Of a stretch of 64,000 nt of DNA, positions 38,201 through 47,759 are shown in pieces (position 1 is the first letter of the stretch; every line of letters starts with the position of its first letter). Source of the DNA: Saccharofermentanales bacterium (lineage in GTDB: Bacteria > Bacillota > Clostridia > Saccharofermentanales > DTU023). The stretch covers positions 510,179 to 574,178 of the forward strand of contig JBMNJV010000001.1 in assembly GCA_050951845.1 (NCBI GenBank). Reading direction: 5' to 3'. Both the position numbers and the translations under genes were made by a program. The notes under the pieces are model-generated. The model was not told where the DNA came from. It did not search any database and worked only from the letters and a program-made list of their open reading frames with translations.

Positions 38201-38629
38201 AATATACGTCTGACGACAATGAGTCATGGCAGATACTATTTGAATCGTAAAGAAGAAATATCTGACAGGCGCAAAAGAGGCGGTCTTGAATTTGAAGTAT
38301 TCGACACTTATACCGGTAAAGCCAGACCTGCAACAACTCTTTCCGGCGGTGAAAGTTTTCTGACTTCTTTAGCACTGGCTTTAGGCTTATCCGATACGGT
38401 TCAAAAAATGCAGGGCGGTGTTGAAATAGAAACATTATTCATTGATGAAGGTTTCGGTTCTTTGGATAGTGATGCTCTTGAACAAGCGATACGTGTTTTA
38501 GAAGAATTAAGCGAGGGAGATCGTATGATCGGTATTATTTCTCATGTGCCTGATTTGCAAGAAAGAATCGATCCGCAAATTCAAGTCAAGAGCAGTGACC
38601 AGGGCAGCACTATCATTTGTTTAAAATAA
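35267..38629 (+). CDS. sbcC: exonuclease SbcC (Rad50-like ATPase subunit)
   Basis: N-terminal Walker A GDTGSGKTT, long coiled coils, zinc hook CPVCGQ, C-terminal signature LSGGESF and Walker B LFIDEGFGSLD. Confidence 0.85.
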   Translation: MKPVRLCLAAFGPFAAEIEIDFQPYQNGLFLISGDTGSGKTTIFDAYMFALYGETTQTERDAGQMRSDFATPATKTFVELEFKVKDQIYKIRREPSYLRPKMRGEGMVSNPSRVELTLPGGKILTLQKEVKDKVESLLGLDADQFKQTGLLPQGDFKQLLSSDQSQREQIFRKIFNTKNIIAFQELLKQEVANLSRIRDLKQRDLVQAIHHIEWFTDIEKLHLQENPDLPNTIENPDLPNIIEYPDSPNTIENPDSPELIENLDPPNIMKKPDLNELRELAEHINNGELSFLKQFFELFETYIGDLKTYHNQLGLKDQKLSTARDKKQVIYQKALDISRIFNELEIKNKELADLETVLTEMQVRKKSFDIYKFVALNIAGTFRQWTHNQKSLTDKASSLENNLHNLDQVTNNLAEAEKQYLTWQNRSAEIERDAISLNKLKEELSAYAQHEKMKLDLNNLDNEQAKLEKQKAELEQIKQGLAEQNRKLEQQIADLKQVEFDNNKLIIEQNNLNTVYAKQANNLESWQFLRNQAAEINSLTIQYEDVAEKLEQAESELTSYRVSEKQQTAAFLAKDLMQGTPCPVCGQTHHLKLAEFDQNFSEEILREKEQLFNKLQKQATDLKIELGGIKTGHTQLLTTLEKSFANEKQEINRKSNQKTDQKTDQKTDPKTSFDLTSDIKYTEFQAAADELFNRISEISEIIATQTEQLKALPQLQEALANNEAQTLNNLSDLQKIEEKLNAALLDRTKLGTKLENLEQNLQYENLQQAEQAFDRLNSAYKAKIKAGQVAADYYNQLLREKSSFDSTIKQIKSDMDALAIQQTELVAEITEKSAQVGIQFSDLDQYIWSPDRLNQEENAINRYFTQLDNLRQAVNELTAKIQGKSKPDLEEISAELQQAEQVLQELRTQLTSLGLIIEKNVSLAEIFAADMQDYQNYAKKAAELSYLSGLANGLTGAGRRTFEAFVQSYYFQRMLEASNIRLTTMSHGRYYLNRKEEISDRRKRGGLEFEVFDTYTGKARPATTLSGGESFLTSLALALGLSDTVQKMQGGVEIETLFIDEGFGSLDSDALEQAIRVLEELSEGDRMIGIISHVPDLQERIDPQIQVKSSDQGSTIICLK
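35939..36073 (+). repeat. in-frame 27-nt tandem repeat (five copies) inside sbcC
   Basis: gagaacccggatctgccgaatacaatc and variants encode ENPDLPNTI/ENPDLPNII/EYPDSPNTI/ENPDSPELI/ENLDPPNIM. Confidence 0.85.
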
Positions 38630-38656
38630 TCTGCTGATTTAATAAATATCTCTGTC

Positions 38657-38736
38657 CGGCACTTTTAAGAAAGATTCGGCACTTTTGAGAAAGGTCCGGC
38701 ACTTTTGAGAAAGGTTCGGCACTTTTGAGAAAGTTG
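38657..38736. repeat. four tandem 20-bp direct repeats in a convergent intergenic region
   Basis: [c/t]cggcactttt[a/g]agaaag[a/g/t]t repeats at 38657, 38677, 38697 and 38717. Confidence 0.85.
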
Positions 38737-38783
38737 CTTGTCCTTTTATAATAATGACTTTTAACAACTAATATTAAAGATAT

Positions 38784-39452
38784 TTATTCTTCCGTGCCTT
38801 GCATACTATTTTTTAATTTTGTGATTTCCTGCAAGGTGCAGTCAATACCCTCCTGATCTTCAGCTAATTTGAAATTTTCATAGCTTTTGCGTAAATAGCC
38901 GAGAGCTTCTTTATGATGATTGACAGTAATGCTTAATCTCGCTAAAGCCTTGGCAGCTAAACCGACACCGTGATAATTAGCTTCAGTTTCGGCAAATACC
39001 AATGCATGATTGAAATACATTTTGGCATCGAGAAAATCACCTGCCAGCATTTTTACGTCACCTTGTTCATAAAAATTATAAGATAGATCGGAATAATATG
39101 AAGGCATTAAAGAACTGCATTTTCTCAACTCTTCCCGGAATAATTCCGTAGCATAATCGTAGTTGCCTCTTAACTTTGCAAGAATCCCCAACTGATGTAA
39201 AGCCCGAGCCTGTTTATATAAATCTTCAGCTTTTTCACCAATCTGCAAAGCACTCTCCATATCATACTGTGCTTCATCATAATTATTCAAATTCATTTTA
39301 ATGATGCCCTTATTCAATGCAATTTGAAATTTGCTACTATTACTCAGTCTTTTCTCTTCACCGAGTGCATTGAATTCCGCAAGGGCTTCTTCAAAATTCT
39401 TCTCCACATATAGTTGATGGGCAGCTTCAATTCTTTCCTTAATACTTTTCAT
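38784..39452 (-). CDS. tetratricopeptide-repeat (TPR) protein
   Basis: 222 aa with a repeated A..Y....A......G.Y..A helical-hairpin pattern throughout. Confidence 0.6.
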   Translation of the reverse strand: MKSIKERIEAAHQLYVEKNFEEALAEFNALGEEKRLSNSSKFQIALNKGIIKMNLNNYDEAQYDMESALQIGEKAEDLYKQARALHQLGILAKLRGNYDYATELFREELRKCSSLMPSYYSDLSYNFYEQGDVKMLAGDFLDAKMYFNHALVFAETEANYHGVGLAAKALARLSITVNHHKEALGYLRKSYENFKLAEDQEGIDCTLQEITKLKNSMQGTEE

Positions 39453-39748
39453 AACAATCTTCCTTGAACTTTATTTATTTCAACTTCTTTAACTTCTCGG
39501 TCCGGAAATTAATTTCAGTTTGTATTGCAAAAACTCATCTTCTTTTTTCTTGATATTTCCTTATATTTAAGTAAAATTATCTGAAAACTTTTAACTCAAA
39601 ATTAAATACCTCAAATGATACCTTAAGTTTACAAAATCCTCTTCTCACAAGCAAACATTATTCTAAATAAGATTTTAAATAATGTTATACTATATGTCGT
39701 GAATACTGATATACAAATAATTGTTTGAAGGATTAGAGGAAATTTGAA

Positions 39749-40309
39749 ATGGAAGATTTTGCAATCAATAATATAAAATCAGAATGGACAGATGCTTTGG
39801 CAGAATTCTTTGAACAAGCAGACTTAAAAGAGAATTCTTTGGTGGTTATCGGATGTTCAACCAGTGAAGTGCGTGGCTTGGAGATCGGTGCAGATTCCAA
39901 TCAGGAAATCGGTAATTTGTTATTTTCTTTATTAGCCGAGGCAGCGCAAAAAAACAAAATTAATCTTGCAGTTCAGTGTTGTGAACATTTGAATCGAGCT
40001 TTGATTATTGAACGTAATATCGCGGATAAATTAAGGTATCCGGAAGTCAATGCAAAGCCCGCACTGCATGCCGGTGGTGCTTTTTCTGTTGCAGCTTTTA
40101 CGAATATGACTGATCCTGTTTTAGTAGAAAACGTTCAAGCCGATGCCGGAATCGATATCGGTGATACATTTATCGGAATGCATCTTAAACCGGTTGCAGT
40201 TCCTTTAAGGTTAAAAATAAAACAAATAGGCTATGCTCATTTAACCTCTGCCGTAACCAGACCGAAGCTGATAGGCGGTGCCAGAGCGGAATATCGTACG
40301 GATATATAA
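39749..40309 (+). CDS. TIGR01440/UPF0340-family protein (YwlG-like)
   Basis: ..LVVIGCSTSEVRGLEIG....EIG... and ..VQCCEHLNRALIIER.. match the family pattern. Confidence 0.6.
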   Translation: MEDFAINNIKSEWTDALAEFFEQADLKENSLVVIGCSTSEVRGLEIGADSNQEIGNLLFSLLAEAAQKNKINLAVQCCEHLNRALIIERNIADKLRYPEVNAKPALHAGGAFSVAAFTNMTDPVLVENVQADAGIDIGDTFIGMHLKPVAVPLRLKIKQIGYAHLTSAVTRPKLIGGARAEYRTDI

Positions 40310-40403
40310 TCTAATATCCAGTAAGGCAATATATAATTGTAAAATTAATTATAATAAAAAAGGGGTTGTCACAAAAATTTAAGTTTTGCAAATATTAATT
40401 CAG

Positions 40404-40670
40404 AAATAGGAAATCCAAGAATTCTTTGCACATTATTTAAGATTGTACACGAAAAAGCTTGCACACCCTTAGAAAGTGTGCAAGTTTAGTTTTGGAAATA
40501 GGAAATCCAAGAATTCTTTGCACATTATTTAAGATTGTACACGAAAAAACTTGCACATCCTTAAAAAGTGTGCAAGTTCAGTGCTAAAAATAAGGAATAT
40601 AAGAAATATTCGCACATTATTTAAAGTTGTACACGATTAAACTTGCACATCCTTAAAAAGTGTGCAAGTT
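40404..40670 (+). repeat. array C: three ~59-bp units of the palindrome family on a 92-bp period
   Basis: Units at 40426-40484, 40518-40576 and 40610-40668. Unit 1 reads ttgcacattatttaagattgtacacgaaaaagcttgcacacccttagaaagtgtgcaag. The linkers are related to each other. Confidence 0.9.
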
Positions 40671-40719
40671 CATGGTTGTTGAGTTGTGAGCGTCAAACCT
40701 ATCGGCGTTCCAATCAGAT

Positions 40720-42273
40720 TTATCCGAGATTTTTAAAATATGCGGGCGTCAGTTCGGCAATTTTCTCGAATTCATCGGTATCACGTAGTTTTGCTGCTTC
40801 TGTCAGGGTATAAACCAAGTAACTGTAAGGATCAACTCCCGTCTCTTTGGCTGTCTCAACGAGAGAGTAGAGAATGGCACTGGCAGTAGCTCCTCTGGGT
40901 GTGTTGGCGAATAGAAAATTCTTCCTGCCGATTACGAATGGTTTTATGCTTCGCTCCGCACGGTTGTTGTTTAACTCAAGTCGTCCATCCAGGTAGACAT
41001 TGAGAATATAATCCTTCTGCCCTAAGGCATACTTTCTGGCAATGCCTAAAGCTGACTTCTCTGACACAACAATATCTTCCAGCCATTCAAAGAATTTTTC
41101 CATGAGTGGTTTTTGTTTTGCAAGTCGTTTCTCGTAGCGTTCCTCAGCGGACATCTTGGCACAGAAGTCTTCCCAAGCGAATATTTGACGGATATCTTCA
41201 ACTGCCTTGCCGGCAAGGTTAAGGCTGCCTTTGTTTTTCGAGGCAGTTTCTGCTGCTTCAACAAACTTTCTTCTGACATGGACAAAGCATCCCACTGACC
41301 TGACATTTTCTAATTTATGGTAGGCTTCGTAACCATCACTGTGCAGATATCCCTGAAATCCTTCCAGGAATTCTTGTGGACGGCAATGCCTGCGGTCACG
41401 CTCGTAATGAAAGAGAACAATCGGATTGGCAGCTGTTACTCCTGTACGGTACAGCCACATGTAACTTTTGCTTTGCGGACTTTTCCCTTCTTCTTGCAGA
41501 ACCTGTAATTCTGTTTCATCAGCGTGCAGGATGTCTTCTTGAAGTAGATCTTGGTGAAGTTTATCGTAAATATATCTCAAGTAATGTTCTACTGAGTACA
41601 TCAGCCAGTTTGACATCGTCTGTCTGGAGAGCATCACACCGACTCGTTGCCAATACTGTTCCTGGCGGTAGAGTGGTGTTCCCTGAACAAATTTGTCATT
41701 GATCACATTAGCAATTGCTTCCGGACTAGCTATACCACCAGGGATCACAGCAGCAGGAAAGGTTGCTTTACGAACCGTCACCGGTTCTGCTTCTTTGTCA
41801 CAAGCTTTACAAGCATAAACATGACAAATATCGCGGATCTCAAATACTTTAGCTGGTGCCATACCAAGAGTACTTCTTGTTTCTGTACCTATTTCTTCCA
41901 TCTCTGCAGAACAATGAGGGCAGGTACGTCCCTCTGCATCTACATAGTGGTGACGTTCAACGACAGGGATATCTTCAGGAAGACGTTCTATGACAGATTT
42001 TTTCTTACGGGTATGAGCCGGAACATTTATTACTTCTTCAAATTTAGGTTCTTCTTGTTCAGGATCACTGAAGACTTCTGCCTCATCAAAAAGATTATCG
42101 ATGCTTAATTGTTTGAGATATGTAGCACGTTCACTCTTAGAGCCAAACTGAGCTTTTTTCAGCAAAAGGATCTGTTCCTTGAGCCATTTTTCTCGTTGTT
42201 CAAGCTCACTAATATATTGCTCTTGCGCCTTGAATTTGTTGTATTCTTCCTGGGAAATAGTGACTGTTTTCAT
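40720..42273 (-). CDS. tnpC: IS66-family transposase TnpC
   Basis: 517 aa with an N-terminal leucine-zipper-like region (..LKKAQFGSKSER..), a zinc-finger region (CPHC...CKAC) and the DDE domain pattern of IS66 transposases. Confidence 0.9.
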   Translation of the reverse strand: MKTVTISQEEYNKFKAQEQYISELEQREKWLKEQILLLKKAQFGSKSERATYLKQLSIDNLFDEAEVFSDPEQEEPKFEEVINVPAHTRKKKSVIERLPEDIPVVERHHYVDAEGRTCPHCSAEMEEIGTETRSTLGMAPAKVFEIRDICHVYACKACDKEAEPVTVRKATFPAAVIPGGIASPEAIANVINDKFVQGTPLYRQEQYWQRVGVMLSRQTMSNWLMYSVEHYLRYIYDKLHQDLLQEDILHADETELQVLQEEGKSPQSKSYMWLYRTGVTAANPIVLFHYERDRRHCRPQEFLEGFQGYLHSDGYEAYHKLENVRSVGCFVHVRRKFVEAAETASKNKGSLNLAGKAVEDIRQIFAWEDFCAKMSAEERYEKRLAKQKPLMEKFFEWLEDIVVSEKSALGIARKYALGQKDYILNVYLDGRLELNNNRAERSIKPFVIGRKNFLFANTPRGATASAILYSLVETAKETGVDPYSYLVYTLTEAAKLRDTDEFEKIAELTPAYFKNLG

Positions 42274-42334
42274 GCCTTTATTTTACCATTTCAGGGAAAA
42301 TAAAACAAGCTGAAAAGCCTTTATCTCAGTGCTT

Positions 42335-42691
42335 TCAGACGATTTTAGGTGCTGTTTTTCGTTGTGGGATTTTAGGGGCGATTACCTGCATACCACGCAT
42401 CAGAAAGTTGTATTGTTCTGGCGTAATCTCTGATAATTCTGTCGGGGTTCTTGGCCATTGGAAACGACCGGCTTCCAAACGTTTGTACAGCAGAAGAAAA
42501 CCGTCCCCTTCCCACAATAATCCTTTAATCCGATCAGTGCGCCGACCACAAAATAAAAACAGATCATGAGTCTTCAGGTCTTTGCCATAGTTTTCTTGGA
42601 CGAGAGCACATAGACCATCTATACCTTTGCGAAGATCTGTATAACCTAAGGCCAGATAAATTTTCCCTTTTGTCCGGTAATCTTTTAACAT
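42335..42691 (-). CDS. tnpB: IS66 Orf2 (TnpB accessory protein)
   Basis: 118 aa. ..DLRKGIDGLCALVQE...LFLFCGRRTDRIKGLLWEGDGFLLLYKRLE.GRFQWP is the canonical IS66 Orf2 signature. Confidence 0.9.
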   Translation of the reverse strand: MLKDYRTKGKIYLALGYTDLRKGIDGLCALVQENYGKDLKTHDLFLFCGRRTDRIKGLLWEGDGFLLLYKRLEAGRFQWPRTPTELSEITPEQYNFLMRGMQVIAPKIPQRKTAPKIV

Positions 42692-43035
42692 TTCAATGCC
42701 TCGATTACAGCTTGAATATTCTCTGAGCTGGCTCCGGATGGTATCTCTACTTCCAGATCACCGAGCCGGATGCGGATGCTTTCTTCCTTAGATTCATTAA
42801 CAGGAGCAGGAGCCGGTAAAGCTTCGAACTGAACTGTTTTGCCTGCTTCAGCAGCGAGACGATTTTCTAATGCTTTCATCACTATTTTGTAACGATAGTA
42901 ATAAGTGGAACGAGTCATTCCGGCTTCCTCACACCACTCGTCTACGGTTAAACCGCTCTGTTTTTGTGATTGGATATCCATATACCAACTGTTTAATTTG
43001 GCATTGGTTTTTAGCTCTACAAGTTTACCACCCAT
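42685..43035 (-). CDS. tnpA: IS66 Orf1 (TnpA accessory protein, HTH)
   Basis: 116 aa. It overlaps tnpB by 7 nt and holds the first position in the IS66 operon. Confidence 0.8.
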   Translation of the reverse strand: MGGKLVELKTNAKLNSWYMDIQSQKQSGLTVDEWCEEAGMTRSTYYYRYKIVMKALENRLAAEAGKTVQFEALPAPAPVNESKEESIRIRLGDLEVEIPSGASSENIQAVIEALKC

Positions 43036-43338
43036 TTCAAGACACTCCTATACTATTCATTTTTAGACGTCTTAAGACATCCAGTTTTGGATAGTCTAAC
43101 TGGGTTGTGCTCCGGTGACTAGACGCCGATAGGTTTGACGCTTACGTTGAGTTGGTTTCTGCTCAAAATTTTGAGCTATGCAAATTTTGATTTATGGAAC
43201 ATAGGTTTTTGAGATAATTTCTAAGACAAAAAAAGTGACTGTCTCTTTTGAGAAAGCCACTTTTTAAATTTTACTTTCGATTTTGAATATAATATTAGTT
43301 TTTGATAATTCTAAATAGCTGACTTGAGTTTGCTCATC

Positions 43339-45144
43339 TTAAGCATTATCCAGACGTTCAATTAAAGCATCAAGTTGATCATAGAGTTCTTGTGGCATTT
43401 TCCCGCCACGAGCATCGTAATCTTCATAGTGAGCACGGATAGATTCGGTTTCAGCTTTCCAACCGTCTACGTCAACACTCAAAAGATCTGCCATATCTTC
43501 ATGATTAATATCCAAACCTTCTAAATACAAATCATCTTCAGAAGGCATATAACCGATCGCAGTTTCTTGGGCATCAACCTTGCCGGCACAACGTTCAACA
43601 ATCCATTTCAGGACACGGCTATTATCTCCGAAACCGGGCCAGAGCCATCTGCCGTCATCGGATTTACGGAACCAGTTAACATAGAAAAGTTTCGGTAATT
43701 TATCAGCATCGCCTGCTTCGCCGATTTCAAACCAGTGTTTCAAATAATTGCCGACATTGTAGCCGATGAACGGTAACATAGCGAACGGGTCACGACGAAC
43801 TTGACCGATTTTATCGGAAATAACAGCTGCCGTAATTTCTGAACCCATAATTGAACCTAAAAATACTCCATGATCCCAGTCAAAGCTTTGATGAACTAAA
43901 GGAATGACGGAAGCGCGACGTCCGCCGATTAAAATTGCATCAATCGGTACACCTGCCGGATCTTCCCAGTTAGATGCAATGCTCGGGCATTGACCGGCCG
44001 GAGTTGTGAAACGTGAATTAGGATGAGCAGCGAGTTTTCCTGAATCAGGTGTCCAGTCATTACCCTGCCAGTCGATCAGGTGATCAGGTTTTTCACCATC
44101 AATTCCTTCCCACCAAACGTCGCCGTCATCAGTTAAAGCAACATTTGTGAAAATGGTATTTGATTTAATTGTATCCATAGCATTCGGATTTGAAGAATAT
44201 GAGGTACCGGGAGCAACACCGAAGAAACCGGCTTCAGGATTGATTGCGTAAAGGCGACCGTCTTCACCGAACTTGAGCCAGGCAATATCGTCACCGATCG
44301 TTTCAACTTTCCAGCCCGGAATAGTCGGAACCAACATGGCCAGATTTGTCTTACCGCATGCTGAAGGGAATGCACCGGTAACGTATCTGACGTCACCGTC
44401 GGGACTTGTCAATTTCAAAATCAGCATATGTTCTGCCATCCAGCCTTCGTCTTTAGCCTGAGCGGAAGCAATACGCAAAGCAAAACATTTTTTACCCAAG
44501 AGAGCATTTCCGCCATAGCCTGAACCATATGACCAGATCAATCTTTCTTCCGGGAAATGGCTGATATATTTTTCTTCCATCGGTGCACATGGCCACATAA
44601 CATCTTCTTCGCCTTCTTCTAAAGGTGCTCCGACCGAATGTAAGCATTTAACATATTCGCCGTCTGTTCCTAACAGATCCAGCACTTCACTGCCTACACG
44701 AGTCATAATTCTCATATTAACTACAACATAAGGACTGTCGGTAATTTCAACACCGATTTTGGCAATCGGCGAACCGATCGGACCCATTGAGAAAGGAATA
44801 ACATACAAGGTACGACCTTTCATACAACCGGTATAAAGATCGGTCATTGTAGCCTTCAGTTGTACAGGATCTATCCAGTTATTGGTCGGGCCGGCATCCT
44901 CCTCTTTAACCGTTGCAATATATGTACGATCTTCAACACGTGCAACATCGGAAGGGTCACTGCGGAATAAATAACAACCGGGACGTTTTTCCTCGTTCAA
45001 TTTAATTGCCGCTCCGCTTTCAACCATCTCATCCAAGAGTTGTTGATTTTGTTCTTCGCTGCCATCAATCCAGACGATATTGTCGGGTTGACACAAAGCT
45101 GCGACTTCATCAATCCATGCCTGTAATTCTTTATGTTTTGTCAT
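43339..45144 (-). CDS. pckG: phosphoenolpyruvate carboxykinase (GTP)
   Basis: 601 aa with kinase-1a motif [13 protein letters not shown] and GTP-PEPCK-specific blocks ([36 protein letters not shown]). Confidence 0.9.
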   Translation of the reverse strand: MTKHKELQAWIDEVAALCQPDNIVWIDGSEEQNQQLLDEMVESGAAIKLNEEKRPGCYLFRSDPSDVARVEDRTYIATVKEEDAGPTNNWIDPVQLKATMTDLYTGCMKGRTLYVIPFSMGPIGSPIAKIGVEITDSPYVVVNMRIMTRVGSEVLDLLGTDGEYVKCLHSVGAPLEEGEEDVMWPCAPMEEKYISHFPEERLIWSYGSGYGGNALLGKKCFALRIASAQAKDEGWMAEHMLILKLTSPDGDVRYVTGAFPSACGKTNLAMLVPTIPGWKVETIGDDIAWLKFGEDGRLYAINPEAGFFGVAPGTSYSSNPNAMDTIKSNTIFTNVALTDDGDVWWEGIDGEKPDHLIDWQGNDWTPDSGKLAAHPNSRFTTPAGQCPSIASNWEDPAGVPIDAILIGGRRASVIPLVHQSFDWDHGVFLGSIMGSEITAAVISDKIGQVRRDPFAMLPFIGYNVGNYLKHWFEIGEAGDADKLPKLFYVNWFRKSDDGRWLWPGFGDNSRVLKWIVERCAGKVDAQETAIGYMPSEDDLYLEGLDINHEDMADLLSVDVDGWKAETESIRAHYEDYDARGGKMPQELYDQLDALIERLDNA

Positions 45145-45425
45145 AATATTTCCTTTCGCTATTAAGATATAAACATCTCAATATGTAACATAAATTATAT
45201 ATCTAAACAATTTGATTAATACATCAGAAATTGCCTTAGCATAATTTACCAAAAAACAATTGTGATTACAAACGGATTGGGTAATTATGACGGATTTTTG
45301 CTCAGAATTGTTATGAAACATTAAACGTTTACAAGAATCGTTGTTAATATGCTAAAATTATATCTATACTTGTTTAGAAAATTGTAATCTATTAAAATTT
45401 AGGAAAAAGAGATGGAGGTTAGTAG

Positions 45426-46616
45426 ATGGAAGCAAAAGACATGAAAAAAATAGCAATTGAAAAACATCTTGAATGGGGCGGCAAAATAGAGGTTATCGGT
45501 AAAGCACCGGTCGGAACAAGTGAGGAATTATCAATCGCTTATACGCCGGGTGTTGCAGAGCCTTGTTTAGAAATATCTGCAGACGTAGATAAATCATATA
45601 TCTACACAAGACGCCACAATCTTTGCCTTGTTGTAACAGACGGTTCGGCTGTTCTAGGTTTGGGCGATATCGGTCCTGAAGCCGGAATGCCGGTTATGGA
45701 AGGCAAATGTGCTTTGTTCAAAGCTTTTGGTGATGTTGATGCATTTCCGCTTTGCATAAAATCACAAGATGTTGATGTGATTGTTGATACGATCTACAAC
45801 ATCTCCGGCAGTTTCGGCGGTGTTAATTTAGAAGACATTGCAGCACCTCGTTGTTTTGAAATTGAAGCAAAACTTAAAGAAAGATGTGATATTCCGATTT
45901 TCCATGACGATCAACACGGAACAGCAGTAGTAACTTTGGCCGGTTTACTCAATGCATTGAAAGTTGTTAAAAAAGATATTTCCGATGTAAAAATAGTTAT
46001 GAACGGGGCAGGTGCTGCTTCTATAGCGATTACCAAACTATTGATTTCCGCAGGAGCCAAAGGCGAAAATGTTTTAATATGTGACAGCCGCGGTATTATT
46101 TATGCCGGACGTCCTGAAGGAATGAACAAATATAAAAATGAGTTATGTGAAATTGTCAATTTAGAACATAAATCAGGTACATTAGCAGATGCTTTGATCG
46201 GTGCGGATGTTTTTGTCGGAGTTTCAGCTCCCGGTACAGTGACTACTGAAATGGTGGCAACAATGGCTGATGATGCAATCGTATTTGCCTGTGCCAATCC
46301 GGTTCCTGAAATTTTCCCCGATGAAGCAAAAGCGGGTGGTGCCAAAGTTGTAGCAACCGGTCGTTCCGACTTCCCGAATCAAATCAATAACGTGTTGGCT
46401 TTCCCGGGTATTTTCCGCGGAGCTTTCGATGTGCGTGCTTCAGATATTAATCAGGAGATGAATGTTGCGGCAGCACACGCAATTGCCGGACTTGTTTCTG
46501 ATGAAGAATTAAATGAAGAAAACATCATGCCTCACGCATTTGATGAAAGAGTTGCTGCTACAGTTTCAAAAGCTGTTGCGGCAGCAGCACGCAAAACCGG
46601 TGTTGCCAGAATCTGA
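45426..46616 (+). CDS. NAD(P)-dependent malic enzyme (short, MaeB N-terminal type)
   Basis: ..YTPGVAEPC.., VVTDGSAVLGLGDIGPEAGMPVMEGKCALFK, FHDDQHGTAVV and NGAGAA motifs. The start may be at 45441. Confidence 0.85.
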   Translation: MEAKDMKKIAIEKHLEWGGKIEVIGKAPVGTSEELSIAYTPGVAEPCLEISADVDKSYIYTRRHNLCLVVTDGSAVLGLGDIGPEAGMPVMEGKCALFKAFGDVDAFPLCIKSQDVDVIVDTIYNISGSFGGVNLEDIAAPRCFEIEAKLKERCDIPIFHDDQHGTAVVTLAGLLNALKVVKKDISDVKIVMNGAGAASIAITKLLISAGAKGENVLICDSRGIIYAGRPEGMNKYKNELCEIVNLEHKSGTLADALIGADVFVGVSAPGTVTTEMVATMADDAIVFACANPVPEIFPDEAKAGGAKVVATGRSDFPNQINNVLAFPGIFRGAFDVRASDINQEMNVAAAHAIAGLVSDEELNEENIMPHAFDERVAATVSKAVAAAARKTGVARI

Positions 46617-46704
46617 TTCTAAAGCTTTATCGTAGGGGTATTGTTAATAATAAGAATTTTTAAGCTTTCTTATTTACAATAATTATACTGTCAATAAACA
46701 ATTA

Positions 46705-46740
46705 AGAGGGATGTCTTGTATGATGAGATATCCCTTTTTA
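46705..46740 (+). terminator. intrinsic terminator of the malic enzyme gene
   Basis: Stem of about 11 bp (agggatgtctt/gagatatccct, with G.U pairs) followed by ttttt. Confidence 0.6.
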
Positions 46741-46992
46741 ATATTTGTCTTAATAAACGGGAAACAATAACTACATTCTTCGAAGAGTGTAAAAATTGTT
46801 CAAACCGAGTAAAATAAAAAACTTTTACGGTATTCAGCACATTTTTATGATATTATCATACATAATAATTTTAAAGATACTTAATCCTATATAGAATATT
46901 TTAGTTTTATTTAACTGGTTTTTCTTTAATTTAGAATATTTTTAGTACAAGTGAATCGGACATACAAATGAGCATAATAAAAGCTATTCAAA

Positions 46993-47529
46993 GTGCATGA
47001 GGAGGTTTCTTTGTACACTAAACATACGGATTTTTTTAATGAATTTATTGTAAAACGTAAATGGGGTTCTCCTGAGTACATTAAAATTACTACTATAATC
47101 TTAATAGCTCTGGCTTTGATTTTGGTTTCAGTATATTTTTTCTCTTATATTTTCTTTATTTTTCCGGTGCTGATTCCTCTGATTGTTGTTCTTGCTATTT
47201 TTCTTATTAAACGCCTAGATGTTGAATATGAGTATATTGTAACGAATGGAAATCTTGAGATTGCGCGTATTGTTAACAAAAAGAGACGTAAAGTTGTTGT
47301 TAATCTGACAACGGAAGATATTCTGAAAGTAGAAAAATTTGACGAGTTTAATTGGCAAAAAGCAGATTCGTTGAAAATAATAGATTGCACTTCCAAAACG
47401 ACGAATAGTGTTTGGTGTATTTTGTGTATTGATTCTAATCGAAAGATCGTTGTTTTAATTGATGGCATTGACAATATATTAGAAGGAATTCGGAAATACA
47501 ACAGGAGTAAATTTTCATCTGGAATTTGA
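46993..47529 (+). CDS. hypothetical two-TM membrane protein
   Basis: Two adjacent TM helices followed by a domain beginning VEYEYIVTNGNLEIARI. The true start is probably the TTG at 47011, just after gaggagg. I do not assign a family. Confidence 0.4.
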   Translation: MHEEVSLYTKHTDFFNEFIVKRKWGSPEYIKITTIILIALALILVSVYFFSYIFFIFPVLIPLIVVLAIFLIKRLDVEYEYIVTNGNLEIARIVNKKRRKVVVNLTTEDILKVEKFDEFNWQKADSLKIIDCTSKTTNSVWCILCIDSNRKIVVLIDGIDNILEGIRKYNRSKFSSGI

Positions 47530-47759
47530 TATAGACTTACCGTACTTCTCTAAAAACAAACTATTTATATATCCCGTTCAACAAAGAAATTCTTATATAA
47601 TTAAAACGAAAACGAAATAATTATGCGTTTTATACAAAATTAAATAGTCATATTATCTAAAAGAACGAATTTTTCTAGATGTATTGTTAGAAATTACCAC
47701 ATGGAGTAAAATTAATTAAATCGAAAAAGAAATAAATATTTAGTGAGGAGATCTTCAGA

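Larger units (their letters stand above)
40686..43145 (-). mobile_element. intact IS66-family insertion sequence (tnpA-tnpB-tnpC)
   Basis: 23-bp terminal inverted repeats gt[g/a]agcgtcaaacctatcggcgt at 40686-40708 and 43123-43145 (22/23 match). A perfect 8-bp direct duplication gttgagtt lies at 40678-40685 and 43146-43153. Three ORFs are in the canonical IS66 order. Confidence 0.92.

Noticed and set aside
40458-40484. CIRCE-like operator. The site is a 9-bp inverted repeat with a 9-nt spacer (cttgcacac-N9-gtgtgcaag), the same geometry as TTAGCACTC-N9-GAGTGCTAA.
   Set aside because: Only about 6/9 half-site positions agree with CIRCE. It is not upstream of groESL, dnaK or any other gene start, and it occurs in triplicate inside a repeat family.
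41046-42303. Several 61-153-aa ORFs on both strands inside IS66 tnpC.
   Set aside because: They are nested in the intact 517-aa transposase gene and have no independent signals.
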